The translations under genes and the position numbers were made by a program. Below, piece by piece: positions 35,623 to 48,803 of a stretch of DNA of 64,000 nucleotides. The DNA is from Pavona decussata. Taxonomy: Eukaryota. Numbering within the stretch: position 1 is the stretch's first letter; every line of letters begins with the position of its first letter. The stretch spans positions 2,604,001-2,668,000 of the forward strand of contig CDRNST010000015.1 of assembly GCA_977016875.1 (NCBI GenBank), in the 5' to 3' direction. Below the pieces are notes generated by a model. That model saw only the letters and a program-made list of their open reading frames with translations. It did no database searches and was not told where the DNA came from.

Positions 35623-38154
35623 CATGTAGATAGACAAGTGAAATTAACAGCCTGCATAACTGCGGTACAAGCCCTTTATATCATCTGAATTTGTAAATAA
35701 ATTGTTGTAAATAAATAAATTGTTGGGGCGCCCTAATATCTATGGACTTCTGTACTATTTGACCGATTTGGTGCAATTATCACTGTTAACTGCTCACGAG
35801 TCTAAATTCGAGCCTAGACATGTCCTAAGCATTTTCAATAGATACCTTTAGATGCAAGTATGCGTACGAATACGACTATTAAATTTTTCAATAGAGAAAG
35901 AGCGCGCGCGCGTGGACAAGTGTCATTTTGGCGGCAAACCGGATAGCCTTCATCATTTTACCACGAGTTTGTGTGACAACGGCGTAGTGGCGAAAACAGT
36001 CCTCGAAAGGTAGACGTTCTCGTCTTTTTGAAATCACGAAAGGGATTAGCTATCATCGTTCAAAACAAAAAACTTCGTCAAGTTCGTCCGTTACAAAGAG
36101 TAAAATCAAGCTTCCTGGATGTATTTATACCTTCTTAGACTTCTTAGTACTTCGCTAAACACTTCAAGTCAAATCTCATGTTCGTAGTCGTACTTGTACT
36201 AGAATCTAAATGTCTCTAATTAAGACCGTGTAAAGGACAAACTCACAAAGGCAAAAAAGGATAGAGAATCTGAAGCTGTTACGTAATTAAAACTTACTAA
36301 AACTCACGTGACTGAAATCCCTCAAGAGTTGTCTGAATGCTCAATTGAAAGTAATGCTCAGTGAAGAAGCAATTGTTTCATTTCATTACAGGAAAAAATG
36401 CGTCTAATCTTTTAGTCAAGACCGTGTGGCACAATTGATGACTTAACTGAACAAGCCGTTCGAGCTAAATTCAGTATTCAACGGTTCAATCACGAGTATC
36501 TCACGTGCGTAAATGTGCGAATAGTCATTATGAAACACACCTGAAAGGAAAAAGGGATTTTTTTCATAGCAATATTACATGTATTATTAAATTTTAACGC
36601 TATAGGCGTGAAACGTAAGTATAAGACTTATATTTGAAGTCAAAACACATTATCAATGTCAAGTAAAAAATTGTTTGGCACCGCTTTATCGCTTGTTATG
36701 GCGTGTGGAAAAGGATTAAGGAGTATTAATTATCCAAACAGGAAAACGGTCAAGAGAAGGATCCAAAAGTTTCCATCTCTTCAATAAATGGGGTGAAATT
36801 CCTTTACCACTGAAATTTTAAAAAGTGTAAACTTGAATTTGAAAATTTTTAGGAAAGCCTACTACGCCACCATAATTATTCAGTCAGGACAAATTTTCCA
36901 CGTTAGTAATGAAACAAAGTTTAGAGGAAAAGAACGCACAATTCAAATAGCAATTAATATCAACATCAATATTTCTGAAATCATATCAAACAGATTGACC
37001 GGAGAAATTAAGAGCCAGTATATCCAATCGAATGCGCCCTAAAGTTATTATCCATGTATAGGACTTGATTGATTTAGGGCAAACGGTATACAATCGGCAA
37101 TAAACATGTCCAAAGCAATTTCGATTAAAAACATGTGAAGGAAAAACTATAACAACGCAAACTTGGATACAGGGAAGAATCTGAAGCTATTACGTAATTA
37201 AAACTTCAAAGTCACGTGACTGAATTCACCCAACTTAGTCGTGTTAATACTAATTTGAAACGAACGCGAACTGTCCTCTGTTAAGTGATAATAATCTGAT
37301 TTCATTTATAGCAGAAAGAGAAGTTGAATGTGTTAGCTAGTAAACACAGTAAAGCATAAGCGATTACATAACTACTGATTCAGATATTCAAATGTTCAAG
37401 CACGAGTTTTTTTCAAGTGCCTGAATATATTACGAGTAGTTACAATGAAACAGGCCTGAAAGGATTGCTTTAAGGAAGTATTTTATTCATTATTAAACTT
37501 ATAGGCATCAAACTTTAAGTGCGATACTAACATTTGAAATCAATGTCAAGTCCACAAAATTAAATATCCCAATTATTATAGGAAATTACCGAAAGCTTGA
37601 AATTTTACGGAAATCTATTCTACTGTCAGTATAATGGACCCAAGACAAGTATCTGACATTTCTGCTCGGGCAAAACGTTTATAGGAAAAGAACGAAAGTC
37701 TGAAATAGTGATAAGTTGAATTTATTAATACCTGACGAGCCAAACCATTATTTCTGAAATCTCGTCACGCAGACAGACAACAGAAACTAAGCGCCGGCAT
37801 AGATGGACCCGCTGACTGCCAGGTCAGGCAGGCAGACAGACAGACAGAATGACAGACAATTCATTTTGAGGGACCTTGAGCAGCGACAACGACGACGGCG
37901 CCAACGAGAACTTTAGAAAACAATAGTTCTCATTAGCAAAACACTACCCCTACACTTGCGTTATACAATTTGGTACGTTTCGTTGCCGTCCTCTGAAAAA
38001 ACAACAGAGAGCTTAAGCAACCGTGACAACGGCAACGAAAGCGTTACTTGAAAATATTACTTCATTTTATTTGTGCTACGACGAGAAGAGAGAAATATAC
38101 AAAAATTCAAAACGCACGTGCAGAACGATTGTTTTTGCTCATTAAACCTATTGT

Positions 38155-38301
38155 TCCTCGCGAAGCGAGGTTAATAAATTTGTCGGGCCGAGCCGGCCCG
38201 AGCGGAGCTAAGCCGCGCGAATTCGAGCGAAAGATATAATTATATATATGCGTTATTGACCAAGCGTGAGGTCAAGATGGCTGGATATTGGCCAAGTTCG
38301 T

Positions 38302-38348
<47 letters not shown>

Positions 38349-38355
38349 CAAAAAA

Positions 38356-38390
<35 letters not shown>

Positions 38391-39266
38391 AAGCTTGGTC
38401 AATAAAGGATTTATTATATGGCTTTACCTTCAAGTTAAAACTACGACAACAAAACAAAACAGGACATGAAACTGCTCTACTCGGAAAGAAATTCTTCATA
38501 GCCGGCCGGTGCAAGCCGGATTTATTTTTAGTGCATTTTTGGATTAGCATGTAATCGTGGAAAACAAGGAATCCTAAATTATCTTAGGATTAAGATTTTC
38601 GCAAGAGCGGGAAGATTTGAATCGAATCCGTCAAACTCTCCATTTTAGCCGATCGCGCGGTGGCGTAAATAATAAACATTTTTACACAGTTTTCGGCTTC
38701 CAATCATTAATTCTTGAATGAAACAATAGATTTTGAGATTATATGCAAACATAAGCCGAAAAAAAAAACGGGTGAATCAGAAAACTGGGCGAAACTTTGA
38801 CAAGATTTTGTTGTTTACAACAAGCAAGGCGCGGCTAAATTAGAAACGTGAGCTTCTTCGGCGAACTTGAAAAAAATACTTTTCTGAACTGCTCTAAACA
38901 CTCAACGCAACTTCCATTACGCTATGATTTAAATACAACCATTGCAAACCTATAGAACTTATCAATTTGGCACTCGACTTGAGACCATAAGTTTTACAAA
39001 ATCAACTCTATCTAAAATACTACACGCAGAGCAACTCACCGATTCAACTCACATTCATTGTAGCTGAAACAAAATTTTCACTACACTAGGACGATTCCAT
39101 TCTCTTTCCTTTCCTTTAGGTAAATGTTGAGAGAGTTTACCGAACTTTTTAGTGAGCGTTTACCCCCAAAACAACGAGAAAATCGAAGAAAAGATTGCAT
39201 TGTTGTTGGGATTAAACTTTCGAAGCCAAGCGGACGGGCAACGGGTAATCCCGAGCGGGCAAGATA

Positions 39267-39297
<31 letters not shown>

Positions 39298-39863
39298 CAG
39301 CGCAGGATTTGACTCATCTTGCCCGCTCGCGGAGCCAGCCATATAATAAATATGGTTATATCTTTGAAGGTGTCCGCACTTGTGCCTAGCAACAGTGAAA
39401 AACAAAGTATGAATGACGTCAGCCTGTCTGGCGTCGTCTGGAGCAAAATTTGCATACATCGGAAAAAAATATGCGTGCATGATCAAATTTCAACTGCAAT
39501 GTTCATCAATATTCACTGGATACAAAACTATCTCTCCAGAATCTTTTCCCTTACTTTTAGAAATCTTTTTTGTGAAAGATTGCATTGAAGAAATTACACG
39601 TTTTGTGACCGCGGTAAAATTATTTTCCGTGGGAAATAAATTCATCGAGCACGACAGCGCTGCACGCCCGTTGTACATTACGTCACGTCAGAAATAGATC
39701 AGTTTCAACCGCAAACTAGCCCGTGGAACTACGAAAAGACCATACTCATCAAAAAAAAATCCTATGCACCTTTTAATCTCCTCATTTGATGCTACAATAC
39801 GAGAAAAGAGGGCTTTCCACCCAGCCCCAGCTTCGCGAGGTTTTGCGAGTCACGTATTTCTAG
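38155..39863 (+). mobile_element. Non-autonomous Helitron/Helentron-like element
   Basis: Starts tcctcgcgaagcgagg, has the inverted subterminal copy gcttcgcgagg (39830-39840), ends CTAG followed by TTTT, no TSD. The 3' terminus recurs reverse-complemented at about 17852-17900. Confidence 0.55.
38240..39350 (+). mobile_element. Hairpin-headed non-autonomous repeat (family B)
   Basis: ~150-bp 5' hairpin (38255-38405) capped by GA-GAC-GAA-GTC-GA; second hairpin 39249-39288; AGCCAATCA at 39289; tttattata / tataataaa inverted pair. Confidence 0.75.
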
Positions 39864-42800
39864 TTTTACGGTGTTGTCGTTGCCGTCGCCGTCGTCGTTG
39901 CTTACAAGTCCTGAGCAGTTTCAATTATGGACATGTGAAGGAGAAACTTACAAACGCAAACTACGATAGGGAGAAGCTACTGAAGCTGTTGCGTAATAAA
40001 GATGTATCAACGTCACGTGACTCAAACCACTCAACTAAGTTGCAGTCATTTAATTTTATACCAGAAAAAAGAAGACTCGAAGCAACACGGTATCGAATGG
40101 TTCATGACCACGCTATATGCGAAGAAACGAAACTTGGAGAAGTTATCATTTGAGCATTATAAAGCAGAAAATAGAGCCATATCTATTGATCAACACAGCG
40201 TAGCATAGATGATGACGTAAATGAAAAGGCTGGTCGGTGAGATCGTTTGATCACGAATTTAATCACTGCCTAAATATGCGAAGTGTCAAAATTAAAAACA
40301 AAGAAAGGACTCGAGGATTTTTTTTGTAAAAATATCCTATCAAATGTTACCAGACGAAAGGCGAGGAACGTTAATATATAGTCTGATCTTTGAAAGTCAA
40401 AACAAAAAATAAATACTCAGCACAGTTGCATTTCATTCGCGTTTATAAAACAGTGGAATAAAAGCCCAAGAAAACTGTCTGAAATTGTTTTCAGCAAGAC
40501 CAATTCCCGTACATTGAAAGAGGTTGTATCACAGTTTTGCAGCTGTGGTGCATGAAAATTACTAGGCAAAAATACGAAAGTACGATTTCTTTTGGCGATT
40601 AAAAATTGCCTATCACAAACTACTGAACGTGTGAGCATAGGAACGACAGCTGAGAACGATGAAGAACTCGTACTATTCAACGCTTGTTTTTGGTAACAAA
40701 TTTATTCGGCAAGAAGCTTTAAGGAACAAATTGTTAGGACAACAAAGAAATAAATCGTTCAATGACAAACTCAAACGATAAAATACCTCCAATAACAAGT
40801 AATCGTACCACTTAAAGTGTTGTTCCTTATAATTTTTGTCGCAGCGTAAAACTAAGCAGCGATCAATTTGACCTACAATTAATTCGTCTGAATTCAGTAG
40901 GTTCACACGAAAAAAAATTAAAAATTCAAGTTGACGGTTCAAAGGCAGAAGTTTCGCCACATTGATGCACTACGAGCAATTGAATCAGTGAAGTACAAAC
41001 TGATCTGAATATGAATAACAAAATAAACCTCGTTAGAAGTCCGATGCCAATAAAAACACAACATGGAACACTCACAATGTTTGCATAGGAAGTGACAGCT
41101 TAAGAAGTAATATAAGTACTATTTTAAGCACAGTCATGTGAGACAAGCAATATAGGCTTGGATAATATATAGTAGCCGACGTTAATTTATGCAGACAATT
41201 GTAAATTGTTTGCGATGAATTTTGAGATTGCTTGAGAGAAAAAGAAAGCATTGGCGTTGACAAGAACTTGGAGAGCCATATGATTAGTATAGAAAAAATC
41301 TCGAGAGATTTCCTCGCGGGAAATGCTGCTATTTTTTGTGAATCGCAGCAATACATTTTACATTAAAGCGATCTGTAATTCCTCAATATTAACGATAATT
41401 TTAATCTTACAGATTTATATTTTAAACTCATGAAGATACCATTATGTTTAATAGTCATTATGTGCTAATTCGGCAAAAGCGAGAAATTAAAACGAGACGA
41501 ATTATCAAACCTGATCTCGCCAAGACAGTGATTACAAGAACGGAAACAAACTAGGTGTTAATTTATCGTGACAGCGAAAAAATCTACAATCAAACCAGAC
41601 TGAACGGAGGCCATGTTAACTAACATAAAGAGTGATTTACAGTAAAAATAGTAAGATTCAGTGAAAAAAATTGTCGAGTCGTTCTCAGATTTAGTCAATA
41701 GGTTGTTAAGTTATTTCTAGAGAGTCTATGCAGCATGCAGACGCGGTTTGTTTGCGGTGTGTTTGTTTTCAAATTTTAAAATTTCATAAAGAAAACCTTC
41801 ATGTACTTATAGCTTCACACCTGGTGGTAAACGTTCTTGAAGACCTCATTCATCCTGCTACGAAGCTACAATCAGCAGCACCGGGCACCATACAACGTCT
41901 ATTTGGATTAGCAACTTTCGATTGCTGATAGCAGATAACTATTCACATTATTACGAAATGTCCGCCGTATAATTCAATAGACTGATGCGTGAGAACTTCC
42001 CGTTTTCATCATAATCATAACTTATTTAACAGCCTTTTAGGTTACGGTAACCAATCACAGTTACAACAGTGTGTTTTGGGGGTTTAAAAATGTCAATAAA
42101 TGCGTAGATTGTATGAGGCGCCAACACACGATTTTCTTTGTGTCAATCACTGATGACTTTTGCTTGTTTGATTTAGTTGTTTGTGTCAACCAGGCACCTC
42201 TGAGGGTGACAAATAAATTACTTTTCTCGATACTTGGTGTTTTCCGTTTACTTTAAGTTTTAGTGCATTGATTTGAAACATCTCAAGGTGCTCTCTTTTG
42301 GCAAAGGTTTGGTTTATTGCATCGTTTCTCTAAAAGTCAGATAAAAGGCTTTATTATTGAGAAACATTTAAGGATACTGCACTTTTAAATAAAATCATTT
42401 CGAACTCTTTCACATATCTCTCTTCCTAAATATTTAAATAATTCGACAGTTTGATTTAATGCTTGGTATCCAGAAAAAAGAAGCTCTTTCGGGGTAGAAT
42501 TTTGTTAGAATACTCCTTACATGTCTCAACAACCATAGGTAACATTTATTGTACGATAAAACATAGACCGTTTTTCGCTTACATAACAATTTTCACTTTC
42601 AACCGGTTGTAGATGAACGGTAACGAATTTTACAACTGAATTGAGTTTGAAGGAAATTGATGAAACCGAAAACAAATTGTGTCAAATTTAGCGTTGCAAA
42701 TTTCGACAAATTACGTGAGAGGAGCTTATTCAGCTGCGATTATTAAAATTTCCACTATTACATACACGCAGGTTGAAGGATACAAACCCCATTGTTATCC

Positions 42801-43229
42801 AATGTTTAAAATTCTAAAACCAAAAGCAAAATAATTCTGTGAACAATACAAACCTATTATAGAGCTTTTCACGAACATGATGGCAGAGGACGGAAACAAA
42901 ATCCTTTAGTTTGTTTCCTCAGTGATGACCAGTCTGAATAAATCAACTTTACCAACGGTTTATGAAAGATTGAAGCAACGTTTGAAGAAAGAAAAGTTCG
43001 TTCAACTCTCCACGCCTTCTACCTGCTTGCGGGCTCATAACTTATTGATGCAAGCAGGGTATTGAGTATCTTATCAAAGCATTAGTACTATTTTATAACT
43101 TAGTATCCTCCCCTTCGTCTCTGACGTTTATCCTCAGGAATGCCATTGTACACATTTAAATTGCTTTCGAAAATTTCTCATTTCAAAACAAATATGAGAG
43201 CACTGGAATGGGCTGCTCAACTGAGAACC

Positions 43230-43730
43230 TGATTAGAATGACCATACTATCAGATTCGCCTACAGAATCACCCTGTACAGTACAACACGGCAGCACCACA
43301 GGAAACTCAGTACTGCTCAATAGCTTTCATTTGAATAGTCACATTTTAGGAATTCGTCCAAGGACTCAAAAGTTAGAACCACCTTGAACAGCATAATAAA
43401 CACGACCACAGGAATGTGCTGCTCAGTAGCTTTCATTTGAATGGTCACACTTTAAGAATTCGTCCACGGAATCAAAAGTTAGAACCACCTTGAACAGCAT
43501 AATAAACAGGACCACAGGAATGTACTGCTCAGTAGCTTTCATTTGAATGCTCACACTTTAAGAATTCGTCCACGAAATCAAAAGTTAGAACCACCTTGGA
43601 CAGCACAATAAACAGGACCACAGGAATGTAATGCTCAGTAGCTTTCATTTGAATGGCCACACATTAGAATTTCCTCTACAGACTCAATAATTAGAACCAC
43701 CTTGTAAAGCATAATAAACAGGACCACAAG
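43230..43730. repeat. 106-bp minisatellite, about 4.5 copies
   Basis: tagctttcatttgaat at 43321, 43427, 43533, 43639 (period 106); diverged copies at about 14420-14650, 11130 and 61255-61320. Confidence 0.9.
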
Positions 43731-44431
43731 CGGATCACTTTCATCCTTATAGTTTCCTTAAACCTGTTCGCATGTGTGATGACTTAGTGCATTTACTCAA
43801 ACCTTTAATCCCCAATATCATCAATACTTGTTGGGAGAATTTGGTTTAAAATTAAGACTTTTCGTCTCTGGTGATCATTTTCTTTTGTTCTCCTTTAATC
43901 TTTATTCTTTATGTTTGATAACGCTGAGTGACATTCTTAGGAGAGATTGGCTACTGATCACTACTGGGGTTTAAAGTGATACTTTGAGAATTCCAAAGAC
44001 AGCACAGAACAAATTAAAGTTAATTCCATTCACAATTAGCGCGCGCATGTTGAAAACATGGTGTGTTTTCCTTGATGCTCCGAACTTTACATGAGCCGAA
44101 CCTAATCATTTGGTTCGGCGCATGTAAAGATCGACGTATGAATCAATTAGGATCGACAGATTTGTATTTGGGTCGACCCGCCGTTCTATTCGACTGCGCC
44201 AGTCGAATAGAACGGCAAAAGTTCGACTTCGATTCAGACGTCGAACTTTTCATGTGCCAAACCAAATGCGTACGTTACGTATAAATTATATAAATTATAT
44301 CTATCCCAGAGGTCTGTGTATTCCATCGACTTGGCATGTGCGCAAAGGACTTCATTCTGAACAAGATGGCGGGAAAAGAGGAATGTGCTTGTTCTTCTTG
44401 TTTCGAAACAACTGAATATACTTGCCTGAGA

Positions 44432-45600
44432 TGCGAAAGATTAAAAGAAAAATCTATTCTTGAAGTGCACGCGCACTTCAAACCGACAGAAACTTTCCAA
44501 TACAGGCTATATCAAAAGCGAAGCGTCAAGACTTCTTAGAACAAAATCTTCAAAAACAACATTTGAAGAAAACATTTCTCTATTCAAACAGAGATTAAGC
44601 AACAGAGGTTACCTCGATAACCTTATAAATAAAACTCTTTCAGAAGTCAACCTCCGCGAAAGAATGTCGGCACTACAAAACAAACTAAAAACCCGCAAAA
44701 ACATTTTGAGGTTTGTTATGGAATATCGCCCTTCTGTGTCTAGCCTAAAACAATTCAGATGAGTAAATACAGGAGCTATAATCAGGGATGGAGACCGTAA
44801 GCGTGGGGTCCACGCGTCCCCGTGAATTGCACCAAAAAAATCTAGTTTTAGAAAAAAATTGCCTCCCCCCTTTTTACGTCATAAACCCGCGTGAATACAC
44901 GCAAATTTGCTTGGGGCTACTACCTTATATGTGACACGGAAAGCAGCTAAGAAAAAATTCACTAAAGATAAAAAAGTCCTTACCTGTCTGAGTACATGTC
45001 CGTCACCGCGTAGAGTGTAAGCTTTTTTCATTCATTCAACAGTAGCAACGCACGCAGCGCCACCGTTTTGGCGCCTTTTTGACTTAACTGTGAGAGTCAT
45101 GTGATCAATAGGCCGCTTATTCCAACTTTTCCCGTCTTCTTTCAATTGTTACCTTTTCTTTGTGAGAGTCTAATTCCTTAAATGTGGGCACTGAGGAGAT
45201 ATTCCCTGGCAGAATTTTAAAATTTGGACGCCATTTTGAACGGGTAGACAAAAATTTCAATTTCTCCACGCGTGATCCTGGCCGTTTACACGCGTGCGCG
45301 CACGCGCGTATGGCGCAATTTTTTTTCTAAAAATATATTTTTTGGTACAACACATGGGGACAAGCCCACAAGTCAAAATGTCATCTCGTTACGGTCTCCA
45401 TCCCTGATTATGGCTCCTGGTAAATGACACTTGATAGAAAATCAGCCTCTGCTAAGGGAGACCTACAAAGACCCTTCCAGTTACTTTCGTACAGAAAAGG
45501 GAGATCTTTGAAAGACGTACTCGTAAGAGCAAATTAGCTTTGAAGGTCATATTCTTCCTATCTCGACCAGTAGGAGCCGTGGTTGGCCTGTCTTTATTAC
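44432..45600 (+). mobile_element. Penelope-like retroelement 3' fragment (RT C-terminal region), decayed and split by an insertion
   Basis: HFKPTETFQY...GYIKSEASRLLRT.SSKTTFEENISLFKQRLSNRGY; resumes after 45419 with HLIENQPLLRE...KGRSLKDVLVRA. Confidence 0.75.
44770..45419. mobile_element. 650-bp TIR element with 7-bp TSD
   Basis: TIR caggagctataatcagggatggagaccgtaa / ttacggtctccatccctgattatggctcctg; TSD gtaaata / gtaaatg (one mismatch). Confidence 0.8.
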
Positions 45601-46300
45601 TTTACCAAACAAGCTCTTCCATGTCAGAATTCATCTTTCCCGCCATTTTGAATCTTGTTGAGTAAAAACAACAGCCGCTGACCACGAAAATCTACTTTCT
45701 CATTTTAGCTTTAATTAAGTTCGACTTCGGTTACGTTTGACGTCTGAATCAACTGCCGAACTTAATTATTTGGGTCGACCTTAATAGGTATTAGGTTCGG
45801 CTCATGTCAGTAAAGTTCGACGTATGAACCGGGCCTAAGTCCAGCAAAAAACTAAAAAGGTTATTTTCTCCTAAACAAGCATCGCGACCTATCTTTTTTA
45901 TCTCGTTATTTTAATTTAGCTAGTATACTCTTTATGTTTGCAAACTTTTGACGACAGAAAAATGAGTTATTGCCAGAAATACGGGCTTGCCCACCGCACT
46001 CACAGGCATAAAACAGTGATACTGCGAGAAACGAATTGGGTGGATACTGCTTCATATTGTGCTTCCCTGCCAAGAAATGTATCTTTAATTGTCGATTGTT
46101 CTTCATACATTCTTTGTATAACGTTTTTTGTAAGTTCTGCTTTATCTGTGTAACTTCTGTTACCAACAGACATGGCTATTACTGATCAAATAAACTCATT
46201 TCTGGAAGCAAATATTGCAAGCGATTATGGGGTAAATTAAGTGGATCGTAGGTCTTTCGCAAACACGGTGACCTATCGGTGACGGTGACCTATCTTTTTT

Positions 46301-46604
46301 TAATTAGATTATGAGTTCGAGATTTCTATCGCGTGATAGCTGATGAGGGCGCAGCCCGAATCAGCTATTACGCATAGAAATCGAGAGCGAATAATCTAAT
46401 TGTTTTAGTATAAATCTACAAGTCGGTCAAAACTAAACAAGTAAATTATCTATTTCCTCATCGCAGACACTTCGAAAACGCAACGAATCGGCCGCCATTT
46501 TGTTGAAAACTGCTACTCACTATCTATCACAGAATAGATAGCGAGTAGCGTAGCCAATCAGAGAACGGCATTCGTGATAGAACAATAGTAGATTTATACT
46601 AAAA
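46301..46604 (+). mobile_element. Hairpin-headed non-autonomous repeat (family C), copy 1
   Basis: Hairpin 46301-46402 capped by GA-GGGC-GCA-GCCC-GA; AGCCAATCA at 46552; ttttagtataaatctac / gtagatttatactaaaa inverted pair. Confidence 0.8.
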
Positions 46605-48803
46605 CGTAATAGTGATCAACCACAGAAAGTTTTAGGAAATTTTCACGACGACTTTTCTTTCGCGAGAATCACCTTAACGCAATTTAAACAATGGGAACTT
46701 ATTTTTGTCGCATTTCCGTCTAAGTCTTTAAGTTCTCACGATCTGAAACCAGTAAAAGAGTGTTGATGATGGTAAATTTTCAGCTATACTAGCTCGCTAG
46801 TGGATACCGGCACCGTAAAGGTAATGAGTTCGTATCAAATGTCTTATTTGCAATACAAGTGCGAATCACCTTCAATCACTTTTTCGTACCTTGTACACAT
46901 AGTATGCCGTGATTTCATTAAAGAAGCTGAAAAATCGAAATGTTGCTGATTTTTCGCCGTTTTGCTACGTTTTTTACTGTGACCAGTGTTCGCGCTGACT
47001 GTTCACAACAGTTGAACGTTTTAGTTCTTACAACCTTGAAGAATATCGTCAATTCTCTTCATTTGATGCGGTCATAAGCGACCTTCCAGCTCTTTGCGGT
47101 CATACACGACCTTATATTTCGCTCAGATTTGTGGCGTTAAATGACCTACATTCGCACCGTCTGTGGTCACAGGTGACCTATTTCTTAAACTATATGTGGT
47201 CAAAGAGAAACCAACTTCCCGCCATTTGTGAATAACGTTTTCTAACCACATTACTGCAGGTGTTTTAATGAACGGCACGTTCCTGATTACAGTTACACCT
47301 TTTCTAGTATATGTCTCATTCCAACCGCGTGGCGTAGAATATAACCAGTTCAAGCTACAAATAAAAATCGAATTTGCAGGCACCATGTTCGACTTTTATG
47401 CCGTTCATCTCCCAAAGTGAAGGCAGAATTCGACTCTCGTCAGTGTAATTTTACCTGCGTTAACTAGCGTAAATTTACGTGCATAAACAAAATTTATAGA
47501 GAATAATAAATCACATGAAATCAAGTTCAACTTCTGCCGCGGACGTAAGCTGTCCATACATTTTCTCTAGTTTGATTTACGCGCGTAAAATTAAGCGACT
47601 GTGCAAATCCATCTTTAAGTGTATTCCTTGTGGTTTGTGTGGCAATTGAGCTGATTTATTTCATATTTGAAGCGGTTGAACAGTGAACGTAAAAATTGAG
47701 CTAGCCAGTAACAATTGATAACTTGAGCCGTCATTGTACACACGAAAGTGCTTAAGTCATTCGGGTTAGCAATGGACCTTCGAGTCGTTAGGATATCGAG
47801 TCAGTGGGATTGAACTATGTTATACAACTGTCTCACCTGTTGCTTGATACTGTGTCAACAATCTTCTGCTAATTTAATAAAAAAAATTGTGTTTTAATGA
47901 AGCGGTGGGCAGAAGGGAAGTTCTGCTTCGTGAAATTGGTCTGAAATGGTTCCTGTTTTTTTTTTTTTTTTCTTTTCTTTTTTTTTTTTAACTCAATAAT
48001 AGCCGACAGGTAGTGGTCACTCAATCTTCTTCTTTTCATTCTTTTTTGCTTTTTCTTTGTTTGTTTTGTGTTTTTCGTCCCAGCACAGGTGGAATCACAG
48101 GTTTTTTTTATTGCCAAGAATTCCACTCCATTAAACACCGTCTGAAACGACCATTTTCAGATTTTTAATTTTTTTCGTTTTTGAAAATCCGAGTGATCCG
48201 GATTCCTTGGATTTCATGTTCCTCCTTCCCTGTTTGTCTTCACTCTGAATCTACTTAGTTTTATTGTAAATTGTATAAATGCCGCAATCTGATTGGCTTT
48301 GCTCAGTCATAGATCACAGACTACGTCATGATGTGGCGAAACAGCGACAGCCGGCAAAATTCTAGCTTGAAGTCATTTCCATCACCGGGTTCTTTTCAGT
48401 TTTAAAGAGTAACTGTTAAATTAGGCGAGAAACTCTTGCTGTCTTTGTCCGGCACATAGCAAAATAACTTGCAAAACGTTGCCTGTTTTGAACTTTGGCT
48501 CCTTACGTGAACGTCAACGAGTCACACCGCACAATAAAGTCGTATGCGTTTCACATACGGGCCAATCGTAACGCGCATAGAATCTTCGTTACTGTATAAT
48601 ATGTGATAGCCAGCCACGAGTAACGAAAAGGTCGGTGCTCGACGCATGAAAAACAGCACATCGGAAACAGTTCAGCGGAATATTAACAGTGACAGATTTA
48701 TGCTAAAACAATTCTATTACTGTTTAGATCTTCCTTTCTATACGTGATAGATAATTCGCGATGCGTCTTCAACGACTTCCGATCGTGAACGCAGTCTAAA
48801 TAT

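Larger units (their letters stand above)
38008..39912. mobile_element. MITE (agagagcttaagcaac...gccgtcgtcgttgctt) hosting two nested insertions; partial related copy at about 37870-37990
   Basis: The ends are inverted copies of the gcaacgacgacggc-type motif; the body is split at ...aaacctattgtt / ttttacggtgttgtcgttgccgtc. Confidence 0.65.
34899..40021. promoter_or_regulatory. Repeated D-box/bZIP plus E-box motif pairs upstream of Nav2
   Basis: RTTACGTAAT at 34899, 36278, 37189; GTTGCGTAAT at 39988; CACGTG at 35092, 36305, 36502, 37213, 40014. Confidence 0.5.
34770..40420. repeat. Ancient diverged ~0.9-kb tandem array (4 units) interrupted by transposons
   Basis: Collinear blocks recur near 34890, 36270, 37180 and 39980 (tgaagc...ttacgtaat...gtgact; gaaagga...ggattttt; tttgaa..caaaac). 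Units 2 and 3 are 911 bp apart. Confidence 0.8.
44075..45836. mobile_element. Harbinger-like MITE carrying nested Penelope-like and TIR insertions
   Basis: catgagccgaacctaat (44090) / attaggttcggctcatg (45790); right terminus tgaaccgggcct. Confidence 0.65.

Noticed and set aside
41820-41900. Possible upstream coding exon of Nav2 (ATG AAT GAG…CAC CAG|gtgtga, minus strand)
   Set aside because: Phase 0 does not fit the best acceptor at 34192 (phase 1); weak donor.
43230-43730. CRISPR-like regular repeat
   Set aside because: The whole 106-bp unit repeats with no unique spacers; eukaryotic context and no cas genes.
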